NCBI GenBank assembly: GCA_963765675.1
Contig: CAVXXK010000001.1
Span: forward strand, 1,472,001-1,536,000
From: an uncultured delta proteobacterium
GTDB lineage: Bacteria; Desulfobacterota; Binatia; Binatales; Binataceae
Length of the DNA: 64,000 nt
Direction of reading: 5' to 3'
Within the stretch, counting starts at the first letter, position 1; the number at the start of each line of letters is the position of its first letter. Both the position numbers and the translations under genes were made by a program. Of the stretch, positions 1 to 7,496 are shown piece after piece. The notes beneath the pieces are model-generated. The model made no database searches. It was given only the letters and a program-made list of their open reading frames with translations, and was not told the DNA's origin.

Positions 1-407
1 TGCGGCGGAGGCGGAAAGGTCCAGCGCTCGCGTCCCGGAATTTTCAAAAACCCGGCGCATTCGTGGAACGACCGGCCGCGATCGTCGCTGCGCAACAGCC
101 GCGCGTGCGAGGTGCCGGCGAAAACCTGATCCTTGACCGCGGGCGACGCGGCGACCGCCCAGACCTCCTCCTCGCGCGCGATATGCGGAGTGATGTCGGT
201 CCAGCTTCTGCCGCCGTCGGTCGAGCGCGAGAGCGTGCCTTTGCCCCGGACGTGCTCGACGCCGCCGGCGTATATGACGGCAGGATCGGCAGAGTCCTGC
301 GTCATGCACCAGATGCCCGTCGGGTCAGCCAGCACCATCAGCGGAATGCCGGCGCGCTCCGGATCGAGAATGACTATTCCTTTGGCGGTTCCCACGCACA
401 GACGCAT
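1..407 (-). CDS. BNR/Asp-box repeat beta-propeller protein (WD40/YVTN/BNR-like), 3' end runs off the window
   Basis: Not in the ORF track. Manual translation from ATG at 407: MRLCVGTAKGIVILDP...LSRSTDGGRSWTDIT...LLRSDDRGRSF...; two S-x-D-x-G-x-S-W/F Asp-box motifs; GGGAGAG RBS upstream. Confidence 0.8.
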   Translation of the reverse strand, partial: MRLCVGTAKGIVILDPERAGIPLMVLADPTGIWCMTQDSADPAVIYAGGVEHVRGKGTLSRSTDGGRSWTDITPHIAREEEVWAVAASPAVKDQVFAGTSHARLLRSDDRGRSFHECAGFLKIPGRERWTFPPPP

Positions 408-488
408 CGAAGTCTCTCCCGCGTTATGCTGGCGCGATCGTAGCGCAAAGCGGCGCGAGGCAATACTCCGGTGACCGGGTTTGTCCAC

Positions 489-1346
489 TCAATACAAGAC
501 AGAAGGCAGGTACCGGCCGGCCGGTTCGTTGTACAGCCCCATCGTCATCAAGGTCATCGAGAAGACCATGCGCAGCCCCTTGCCGAGGCACCAGCGCATC
601 AGCTCGCCGTTGCGAGAAGGTATCAGGACGCCAGGACCTTCGAATGCTTTGGCGGCGGCGATGAGCGCCTGCAGGTCGTCGTTGGTCTCCGCAACGGCGT
701 GCCCGAAGATCGCTATCGAAGTTGCGTAGCCGGTGGTACGGCCTGAGCGCTCGACGACGGTCGCGATACCTTGGCGGATCGCGCTGCGCAGCTCGCCGGT
801 TCGATTGTGTCCATGTACGCGCACGCAGAGCGCGGCGCAGGAATCGAGGTCGCTTTCGACGGCGGCGCGCACGGTGCATCCGGGGATGGATCCGCCGATC
901 GCTCTGCCCTGCAGGCAGGACAGATGCTCACGCACCTCGAAGCCGAGTTTCGAATACAGCGAGAGCGAGCGGGAATGGTAGCCCGATTGCACCAGGCGGA
1001 TTCCGGCAAAGCCTTTGTTCTGAGAGCGCTCCATCACCGCGCGCATCAGGCGGCCTCCGATACCGTGGTTCTGCGCGCGCGGATCGATCGAGATCGGGCC
1101 TACGCCGGAGATCGGATTGCGCTCATCGAGGAAATTGCTGCCGACGATCTTTCCGTCCAACTCCGCCACGGCTCCATAACTGCTGGCACTTGAGAGCATC
1201 GTAGAGACCATGCTGACCGCGACCTCTGTACTCGGAAAATCGGGCGGGAAGTTGTGTTCTTCGGCAATCGCTCTGAACGCTTCGTAACAGATTCGGCCGC
1301 ATTCGCTGGCGTCGTCGGGAACGCCTTCGCGTATCGTGAGACTCAT
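489..1346 (-). CDS. GNAT family N-acetyltransferase (two-domain)
   Basis: Motif A IDPRAQNHGIGGRLM and LYSKLGF; second degenerate GNAT domain. Start at 1346 or 1352. Confidence 0.85.
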   Translation of the reverse strand: MSLTIREGVPDDASECGRICYEAFRAIAEEHNFPPDFPSTEVAVSMVSTMLSSASSYGAVAELDGKIVGSNFLDERNPISGVGPISIDPRAQNHGIGGRLMRAVMERSQNKGFAGIRLVQSGYHSRSLSLYSKLGFEVREHLSCLQGRAIGGSIPGCTVRAAVESDLDSCAALCVRVHGHNRTGELRSAIRQGIATVVERSGRTTGYATSIAIFGHAVAETNDDLQALIAAAKAFEGPGVLIPSRNGELMRWCLGKGLRMVFSMTLMTMGLYNEPAGRYLPSVLY

Positions 1347-1471
1347 CGGCAAACCTCTCGCGTCAAACTGTCGCGATAGTACTGAAACCGCAGGAAATAC
1401 GACAGACTGCGGCGTCGCATCCCGGTCGAAGCTGTGTTACCCGATACCTTGATCGAGCATCGGAGGAAGCG

Positions 1472-1972
1472 ATGGACGAACCGATCTTGCGCGACGCAAC
1501 CGAAGCCGACCTGCCCGCGATTATCGCGATCTACAACTCCGCGATTCCGAGCCGGATGGCGACGGCCGATCTCGAGCCGGTGATGGTCGATCTGCGGCGT
1601 TCGTGGTTCGAAGAGCACAACTCGGAATCGAGGCCGCTGTGGGTGCTCGCGCGCGGTGCAGAAATTGTTGCGTGGCTGAGCTTCCAGTCTTTCTATGGAC
1701 GCCCCGCCTACCAGGCGACTGCGGAGATCAGCGTGTACGTGGCGCCGCAGCATCATCGGCACGGCTATGCGCGGCGCCTGGTCGGAGAGTCCGTCAAGCG
1801 CGCGCCGTCGCTCGGGCTCAAGACGCTGCTCGCGTTCATCTTCGGCCACAACAATCCGAGTATCGAACTGTTCCGGGGCTTCGGCTTCGAGACCTGGGCG
1901 AATCTTCCGGCGGTCGCGGCGCTCGACGGGGTCGAGCGCGATCTGTTGATCCTCGGTAAGCGGGTCGCTTAA
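1472..1972 (+). CDS. GNAT acetyltransferase, phosphinothricin/methionine sulfoximine (Pat/YncA/MddA-like)
   Basis: IAIYN..I, FYGRPAY..TAEISVYV, HGYARRL, HNNPSIELF..FGF; GGAGG RBS. Confidence 0.88.
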   Translation: MDEPILRDATEADLPAIIAIYNSAIPSRMATADLEPVMVDLRRSWFEEHNSESRPLWVLARGAEIVAWLSFQSFYGRPAYQATAEISVYVAPQHHRHGYARRLVGESVKRAPSLGLKTLLAFIFGHNNPSIELFRGFGFETWANLPAVAALDGVERDLLILGKRVA

Positions 1973-1999
1973 ACACAAAGACACCACGCGGCCACTAAG
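1945..1999 (+). repeat. Left copy (attL-like) of an imperfect direct repeat: 3' end of the GNAT gene plus downstream arm
   Basis: gttgatcctcggtaagcgggtcgctta (1945-1971) and aaacacaaagacaccacgcggccactaag (1971-1999) recur at 6325-6390. Confidence 0.85.
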
Positions 2000-2084
2000 C
2001 CTCTATCAGCTTGATAAACTCTCCAGGAAAAGGTGGAAACTTCGTATATCGAGACCTTTTACCAAGGTGAAAATAGACATTTAA

Positions 2085-2114
2085 CGCTACATCGACGACG
2101 GATCGCTCGAGATT
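2085..2114 (+). pseudogene. Possible tiny IS66 (TnpC) transposase remnant
   Basis: Encodes RYIDDGSLEI, resembling the IS66 motif RYxxDGxLEIDNN; only 10 codons. Confidence 0.3.
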
Positions 2115-2206
2115 AAGTCTGCGGCGCGTTCGTGGTCGGACCGAATAGCTGGGGTCAGCGTTCTTCGCCGAACAGGAATATCGCGATCGCGATCATCGCG
2201 AACACG

Positions 2207-3811
2207 TTATCTCCGAGTAGCGCTTCCGTGCGGGAAGTGGTTACTTCGCCGACGAATTCGGCGTACGGCAAGCGCGACGCCCGCACCCGATGCTCCAAGA
2301 AGAAGCAGCCCGGTTGCTAAGACCAGCTTGGCTACTAGCGGCAAGGCGAACCGCGGACGGAAGTCCATGGATGCACCGACATAGTGGGAGGTGTCCCCGA
2401 CCCCCGTTTCGTAGAAGCTGTTAAGCAGGTGCTCGGTCGCTTGCGGTTGTAGTCCCCATATGTCTGTTGTGTGCCCCATCTGTCGGAGAATCACTTGCTG
2501 GCCCTTGGCGAGGTTCGGCAGTAACTCGTTGGTTGCGAATTGGGGTGGCGTCGAGAAGTCGACGCTGCCGCTGACCAGCAGCGTCTCGACTGCGGAAGGC
2601 TGAACTCTAGAAAGCGCCGCGGAAAGTGGTTGTGCCGGCCAGTTCCTTTCGAGGCCGTCGAACAGCAACAAGCTGAGCGGCGAGCCGAGGATCGAACCAG
2701 CAGGCGCCAGGCTCTTTTTGTAGTCGCGCGCCGGATCGAAGTCGGCGCTGCCTTTGGCAAGAAAGTCGCCCCAAACCCCGATCCTCGGAAGGGCAAAATC
2801 TGCGGCGATTGACAGGAGCGCAAGGCCGCTCGCATCCCCCTTCTCGGCGGCGAGATAGGCATCGAATACCATGGCCGCGCCACCCCGGTTGAAGAGGAGT
2901 AGAAAGGTCACGACCTTAACCTTGCCCGCGTCGATCGGGAACAGCACCCAGCGCTTTGGCATATTGTGGGAGACGTTGCTGATGGTAGCGGCGAGATTGC
3001 TGGTGCGCCCTCGGCAGATCTGATCAGCGGCGCAAAGGCGGGCGTAGTCGCGCAGTTGCGCGTCAATGACGCCCGGCTGCCAAACGAAATGGCCAGGCGG
3101 ATTGACACCGATCATGGCCGAGCGAGAGAGGCGTTCGGGATGAAGCGCAGCGTAGATTTGCGCTATGCGCGTGCCATAGCTTTCGCTGAGGAGGTTGATC
3201 GTTCCATATCCGAGGGCGGTGCGAGCCATCTCCAGATCGGCGACTACCTCGGCCATTGTGTAGCCGGCGAGATCGACGCCTTGGCCCTGCAGGCGGCGCG
3301 CACAGGCGCTCGCGGCTTCTGCAAGGTGTCGGCGCGACGCATCGCTGAGCAAATCGTCGTTGACGCCGTGGAGCGCGTTGCTCACCTCCGGGCAATCGAG
3401 CACATTCGAGCCGTCGACGCCGCGATAGCCAACCATGACAAAGTCGTGCCGCGCGAGCAGACTGGCCGGCGGCTGAAAGCCCACATTGGTCTGTCCCGGA
3501 CCTCCCTCCAACCAGAAGAGCGGTTCGCCAGGATTGCGGCCGGTCGCGCGGATGCGGACGACCGGCAGACTGATCATGCGCGCTCGCGGCATCGCGCGAT
3601 TTTCGGGAACGACCAGCGTCCCGCAATCCGCAGTCGCTTCCCCTTCGCGAGTCTTCTGCTTGCAGGGTGTGAGCCGCAATTCAGCGGCTGTTATGGGCAT
3701 AGCGAGGCTCTCAGGGGCTAAAGTCACTGCCCCCATGACCGAGACCAAAATGAGCACTGCCGCGCGGATCCCCCGGCGACGATCTACGTCCATCGGCCGT
3801 AAGGCACTCAT
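2207..3811 (-). CDS. Secreted/membrane-anchored alpha/beta hydrolase (peptidase S33, TAP-like C-terminal domain)
   Basis: Signal peptide, CGTLVVPENR, LEGGPG, YRGVDGS, SESYG nucleophile elbow, D-FSTP, GH, C-terminal TM helix. Confidence 0.85.
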   Translation of the reverse strand: MSALRPMDVDRRRGIRAAVLILVSVMGAVTLAPESLAMPITAAELRLTPCKQKTREGEATADCGTLVVPENRAMPRARMISLPVVRIRATGRNPGEPLFWLEGGPGQTNVGFQPPASLLARHDFVMVGYRGVDGSNVLDCPEVSNALHGVNDDLLSDASRRHLAEAASACARRLQGQGVDLAGYTMAEVVADLEMARTALGYGTINLLSESYGTRIAQIYAALHPERLSRSAMIGVNPPGHFVWQPGVIDAQLRDYARLCAADQICRGRTSNLAATISNVSHNMPKRWVLFPIDAGKVKVVTFLLLFNRGGAAMVFDAYLAAEKGDASGLALLSIAADFALPRIGVWGDFLAKGSADFDPARDYKKSLAPAGSILGSPLSLLLFDGLERNWPAQPLSAALSRVQPSAVETLLVSGSVDFSTPPQFATNELLPNLAKGQQVILRQMGHTTDIWGLQPQATEHLLNSFYETGVGDTSHYVGASMDFRPRFALPLVAKLVLATGLLLLGASGAGVALAVRRIRRRSNHFPHGSATRR

Positions 3812-4065
3812 CTCCCGCCTAGCGTGATCGACTTGTTCTTCGAGTCATGGAGCATCGCACCACGCTTGGCGATTATCGTGTTCTGGTCATGCGGGTCGCG
3901 CGCGTCTGAGATCAGGACGCTCTTCATGCTGGAATCGGTGTCGGACATCTTGACGATCCGGATTGCGCGATCGCGAAACTTCGGCTCGAGGTACTTCTCC
4001 CAGAGGTCCGGCAACTCCATCACATGCGAGTCGCAATCGATGACGATCGAATCAGCGGCGCTCAT
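3808..4065 (-). pseudogene. 5' fragment of an amidohydrolase_2 gene, truncated after ~50 codons
   Basis: IDCDSHVMELPDLWEKYLEPKFRDRAIRIV resembles the N-terminus of the 33000 amidohydrolase; the rest is unrelated. Confidence 0.7.
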
Positions 4066-4095
4066 CGCTCAAAACCTAACACGAAGGCCCGCACA

Positions 4096-4260
4096 AAGTC
4101 GGATCGCGTACTTCACGTCCCGTTCTTTTAGGGCTTGGTAGAGTTCCGGCTTGGCAAAGGCCGCGTCGGCGCGGACCGCTACTTCCTTGCTCTGCTCTTG
4201 TTGCCGCTCGATCTCGGGCACCAGCAGTTGTTCCCAATCCTCGGCGCTGTGGACGTTGCC
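4096..4260 (-). mobile_element. Internal fragment of an IS1380-family transposase
   Basis: Manual translation GNVHSAEDWEQLLVPEIERQQEQSKEVAVRADAAFAKPELYQALKERDVKYAIRL; GNVHSA, RADAAF and YAIR are typical IS1380 motifs. Confidence 0.8.
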
Positions 4261-4279
4261 GCGCGGGCACCATTCACGT

Positions 4280-4660
4280 TCAAATCGGGCGATTTCGTGT
4301 CTCTTTCTGAAGAGTCACGAAGACCAATTCACCTGCGTGTACGGCATCGACGCGATGCCACGTGCCGCGCGGCACTACGCATGCTTCGCCTTCGCGGAGG
4401 TTGATCACGCGATGTGTCTTGGCTTCTTCGAGCGTCACTGCCACTTCGCCAGACGCGAGAAAAAGAATTTCGTCTCCCAGCGGATGAATCTCCCACCATC
4501 GCGCCGGCCCATCGATGTGCGCCGCGCCGAAAAACCATCCGTCGGTCTTCAGCGCATGGCCGTAGGCAGCTGGAATCCTCCCAATCTCGGCCTCTCCCTT
4601 CGCGCCAAGAAGAACGTGTGTGCGCAACAACTCGAAGGTCGCGTTGCTTGAGGTGCTCAT
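4280..4660 (-). CDS. Cupin domain protein
   Basis: WEIHPLGDEILFLASG and GEACVVPRGTWH cupin motifs; ATG overlaps the VOC gene stop (ATGA). Confidence 0.85.
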   Translation of the reverse strand: MSTSSNATFELLRTHVLLGAKGEAEIGRIPAAYGHALKTDGWFFGAAHIDGPARWWEIHPLGDEILFLASGEVAVTLEEAKTHRVINLREGEACVVPRGTWHRVDAVHAGELVFVTLQKETRNRPI

Positions 4661-5118
4661 ACGCCGATCTTGATTCCAGGCGGGAGTTTCCATTGGTCTG
4701 CGGAGAGTTCCCGGTCTATCTGAGAGAATTCCCAAAGATGGCCCTCGAGATCACTCGCACGATAGTGACGACCGCCCCAGAAACCCTCCTCGATCTCGCG
4801 TACGATTCGTGCGCCCGCCGCTTTGGCACGCTCGTAATGATGATCGACGTCATCAACATAGACCTTCACCGACTGCGTTACCTTACCGATGCTTTTGGGG
4901 CTATTGACATCATGCCCGCCCGCGCTCGATATGCCGACCAGCCCATCGCCAATTTCCATCCAGGTAAGAACGAAGCCCTTGCCGGTCAGGCGCGCGTCGC
5001 TGCGTTCGCGAAATCCAAACGCACGTGCAAGCCATTCAATGGCTTCTGGCACATCGTCGTAGACGACCCCGGGGACCACACGCGGGCTTTGCCAAAGTCG
5101 GGATTGATTCTGAGTCAT
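4657..5118 (-). CDS. VOC/glyoxalase (PhnB-like) family protein
   Basis: YDDVPEAIEWLARAFGF, VYVDDVDHHYERAKAAGA, DLEGHLWEF; AAGGAGG RBS. Confidence 0.88.
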   Translation of the reverse strand: MTQNQSRLWQSPRVVPGVVYDDVPEAIEWLARAFGFRERSDARLTGKGFVLTWMEIGDGLVGISSAGGHDVNSPKSIGKVTQSVKVYVDDVDHHYERAKAAGARIVREIEEGFWGGRHYRASDLEGHLWEFSQIDRELSADQWKLPPGIKIGV

Positions 5119-5202
5119 GATTGCCTCCTTTGCCCGTTTTGAAAAGAGACCAACGGACTCCTGCAATCTACTAAGCCCGCGCTCCAGCGTCTTGTACGAA
5201 TT

Positions 5203-6144
5203 TTACCTGGCCGCCGCGTTGTCAGCTCGAAAGCTCTGGCCGACGACTGATTGAGAGAATTCGGTCGGGGTGCATCCGGCAAACGCTTTGAAGTCGCGGA
5301 CGAAATGGGCCTGATCGTAATAGCCGCAATCCAGAGCCAGACGCACCCAATCGGGTGGTCCGCCCCGCTCAATGGACTTGACCGCTCGGTTGAAGCGCAT
5401 GAGACGTGCGACTGCCTTCGGAGGGATCCCGACGTAGTCGCGAAACTGCGCGATCAGGTGCTTTTGGCTGCATCCCGCTTCGTTTGCCAGCGATCGAATA
5501 CTCAGGATCCCGTCCGCATCCCGAAGCTTCTGCCATGCCCATGCGGTCCTCAGAGCTTGTGCGCGTGAGCGATCCAGCCGTTGTGCGACGATCGAATCGA
5601 TAATCGAGAAGCGCGCCTCCCAATCCGAATTATAAAGCTCCGCCGGGAGCCATCGCTTGATCTCTGGGTTAACTTCGTCAAGCTCGACAAAGCCGTTCGC
5701 AAGCTCGTGCATCGGCACGTCAAATAGGATGTGTGCTCCGGCGGGTTTCAGACGCACAACCAGCACGTGCTGCGCTCCGGTCTCTTTGCTGATTACATGA
5801 GTGTCGTGAACCCCGATCACCGCCGCCCCGCGATGGGTCGTCCAGCTCGACGCGAGGGCAGGATGCTGTATGCGGTACGGGCTGCCCAAATTAAGCAACA
5901 ACTCCACTTCGCCCGATGGCAGGTGCCGTTCGCGGGCGAGCTCAGTCCTGCTATTCAGACCCAGATATCCGAGCACGAATGCACTGAGCTCGGGATGAGG
6001 AGCGCGGGTGGCTTTCTCCCATGTACCGAAGCCCGAGTCACCACGGGTGATCTGTGGGCGCGGCGAGCTTCGCGAGAACTGTGGCGTCAAGAGGTTCAAC
6101 TGAGGAACCAGCGGTCCAATCCGACATAAGGATAGGTTTTGCAT
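5203..6144 (-). CDS. AraC family transcriptional regulator (DUF6597-like N-domain)
   Basis: C-terminal SIRSLANEAGCSQKHL..F...VGIPPK and LALDCGYYDQAHFVRDFKAFAGCTP; start uncertain. Confidence 0.88.
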   Translation of the reverse strand: MQNLSLCRIGPLVPQLNLLTPQFSRSSPRPQITRGDSGFGTWEKATRAPHPELSAFVLGYLGLNSRTELARERHLPSGEVELLLNLGSPYRIQHPALASSWTTHRGAAVIGVHDTHVISKETGAQHVLVVRLKPAGAHILFDVPMHELANGFVELDEVNPEIKRWLPAELYNSDWEARFSIIDSIVAQRLDRSRAQALRTAWAWQKLRDADGILSIRSLANEAGCSQKHLIAQFRDYVGIPPKAVARLMRFNRAVKSIERGGPPDWVRLALDCGYYDQAHFVRDFKAFAGCTPTEFSQSVVGQSFRADNAAAR

Positions 6145-6324
6145 CCCGCCGAGTCGAACGTTACACGCAGGCGGAAGGCGTTGCTGAAATCTCCACCGTA
6201 GAACATCCGCTTTTTACTCGTGCCTGATTGCTTGCGCCATCCTATCATCTGAGCGCCCGATGACCCTCCGGTGACGGAGGCGGACGAGATGGTGAGGATG
6301 AGCGGAGTGGGAAGAAGAGCGCCG

Positions 6325-6390
6325 GTTGATCCTCGGCAAGCGCGTCGCTTAGTGGGGAAAAACACCAAAGACACCACGCGGCCATCTAAG
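6325..6390 (+). repeat. Right copy (attR-like) of the direct repeat
   Basis: gttgatcctcggcaagcgcgtcgctta matches 1945-1971 at 25/27 and encodes the same LILGKRVA*; followed by aaacaccaaagacaccacgcggccatctaag. Confidence 0.85.
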
Positions 6391-6480
6391 ACACTAAGGC
6401 ACGAAGAAGAAAAAACTGGGCGGGACTTTCCCGAAGGAAAGTCCCGCCTGTTTTATCTGTGTCTTCGTGTCTTGGTGTCC
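6359..6480. repeat. REP-like palindromic element with ACACNAAG-type arms enclosing a strong hairpin
   Basis: Left arm gacactaaggcacgaaga matches the reverse complement of right arm tcttcgtgtcttggtgtc at 16/18. Confidence 0.65.
6410..6454. terminator. Probable bidirectional intrinsic terminator
   Basis: Perfect 13-bp stem ggcgggactttcc-cgaa-ggaaagtcccgcc, with an A-run 5' and tgtttt 3'; lies downstream of the formyltransferase gene. Confidence 0.75.
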
Positions 6481-6487
6481 GCTTGGA

Positions 6488-7429
6488 TTATTTGAGTTGC
6501 GCGCCTGCTTTGAGCTCGCCCGTCGCGGCGAGTTCTGTCGGCGCGATTTTTTTGGGGTTTGGATCGATTCGCGCGCGCTTGACCGCGAGAGTTCCGCCGC
6601 TCAGAGCGATCTTCATTCCGCTCGCGTCGATCGCGGTGATCGTTCCCGGTGTCGCTGACGACGCGGACGATTCGAGCGCGGCGTCGTAGAGGCGGACGCG
6701 CTTGGCGTCGAGGTCGGCGAACGCGCCAGGTTGCGGATCGCATCCGCGAATCAGGTTGAAGACCTCGCGCGCGGGCCGCGCGAAATCGATTTTCGCATGC
6801 TCGTCGCGGCATGGAGCCTCATAGGTCGCGAGGCTTTCATCCTGCTTGATTCTCGGCGCGTTGCCGCGCTTGATCAGGTCGATCGCTTCGATCATCGCAT
6901 CGATCCCCATCGGGAAAAGCGTGTTGAAGTAGATCGAGCCGGTGGTGTCGGTGTCGGCAATCGGGACGCGTTTTTGAATCAGGATCGGGCCGGTGTCGAT
7001 TCCCTTGTCGGGCCAAAACCAGGTGACTCCCGTTTCGCGATCGCCCTGGATAATCGCCCAGTTGATCCCGCTGGCGCCGCGATGCCGCGGCAGGAGCGAC
7101 GGATGGAAGCAGATCGATTTGTATCGCGGAAAATAAAGGATGCGCTCGGGAACGATAAGCGTCACGAAGGCGAGAATCGCGAGCTCGGCGCCTGTGGTCT
7201 TGAACTGCTCGAAGGCCGCGTCGCTCTTGAACGACTTCGGCTGCGACAGCGGCAGGCCCATCGCGCGCGCCTTTGCCGCGAGCACGTCTGGCTTTCCGGT
7301 GGGCGGATCGGCGGGTGCGAAAACGTGCACGATCTCCTCACCGTGATTGACGATCGCTTCAAGCGCCTTTTCCGCGAATGCGGCCTGTCCCAGAAGTGCG
7401 ATGCGCAATGAACCATCCTCCCGCGTCAA
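6488..7429 (-). CDS. Formyltransferase (Fmt / 10-formyl-THF hydrolase-like)
   Basis: FHPSLLPRHRGASGINWAI, GIDTGPI, IRGCDPQPGA; closer to the 10-formylTHF dehydrogenase N-domain pattern than to canonical Fmt. Confidence 0.85.
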   Translation of the reverse strand: MTREDGSLRIALLGQAAFAEKALEAIVNHGEEIVHVFAPADPPTGKPDVLAAKARAMGLPLSQPKSFKSDAAFEQFKTTGAELAILAFVTLIVPERILYFPRYKSICFHPSLLPRHRGASGINWAIIQGDRETGVTWFWPDKGIDTGPILIQKRVPIADTDTTGSIYFNTLFPMGIDAMIEAIDLIKRGNAPRIKQDESLATYEAPCRDEHAKIDFARPAREVFNLIRGCDPQPGAFADLDAKRVRLYDAALESSASSATPGTITAIDASGMKIALSGGTLAVKRARIDPNPKKIAPTELAATGELKAGAQLK

Positions 7430-7496
7430 AGTTTCACGCTACCAAATCATCACGGCGGCCCCAACCCGCGCACGCACGGATTGACTTCACGCATCG

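Larger units (their letters stand above)
2000..6324. mobile_element. Decayed integrative islet (~4.4 kb) between att-like direct repeats; no integrase remaining
   Basis: Flanking direct repeats, internal IS1380 fragment, truncated amidohydrolase, accessory cargo genes. Confidence 0.65.

Noticed and set aside
63-474. Plus-strand ORFs 63-443 and 133-474
   Set aside because: Antisense shadows of the minus-strand BNR-repeat gene, which has clear motifs and an RBS.
2000-6324. Integron cassette array (small GNAT/VOC/cupin genes)
   Set aside because: No attC-like RYYYAAC...GTTRRRY palindromes between genes and no intI.
1992-6355. 9-bp inverted pair ccactaagc (1992-2000) / gcttagtgg (6347-6355) as transposon terminal repeats
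   Set aside because: Too short, does not extend, and both copies overlap the direct-repeat sequences that explain the boundaries better.
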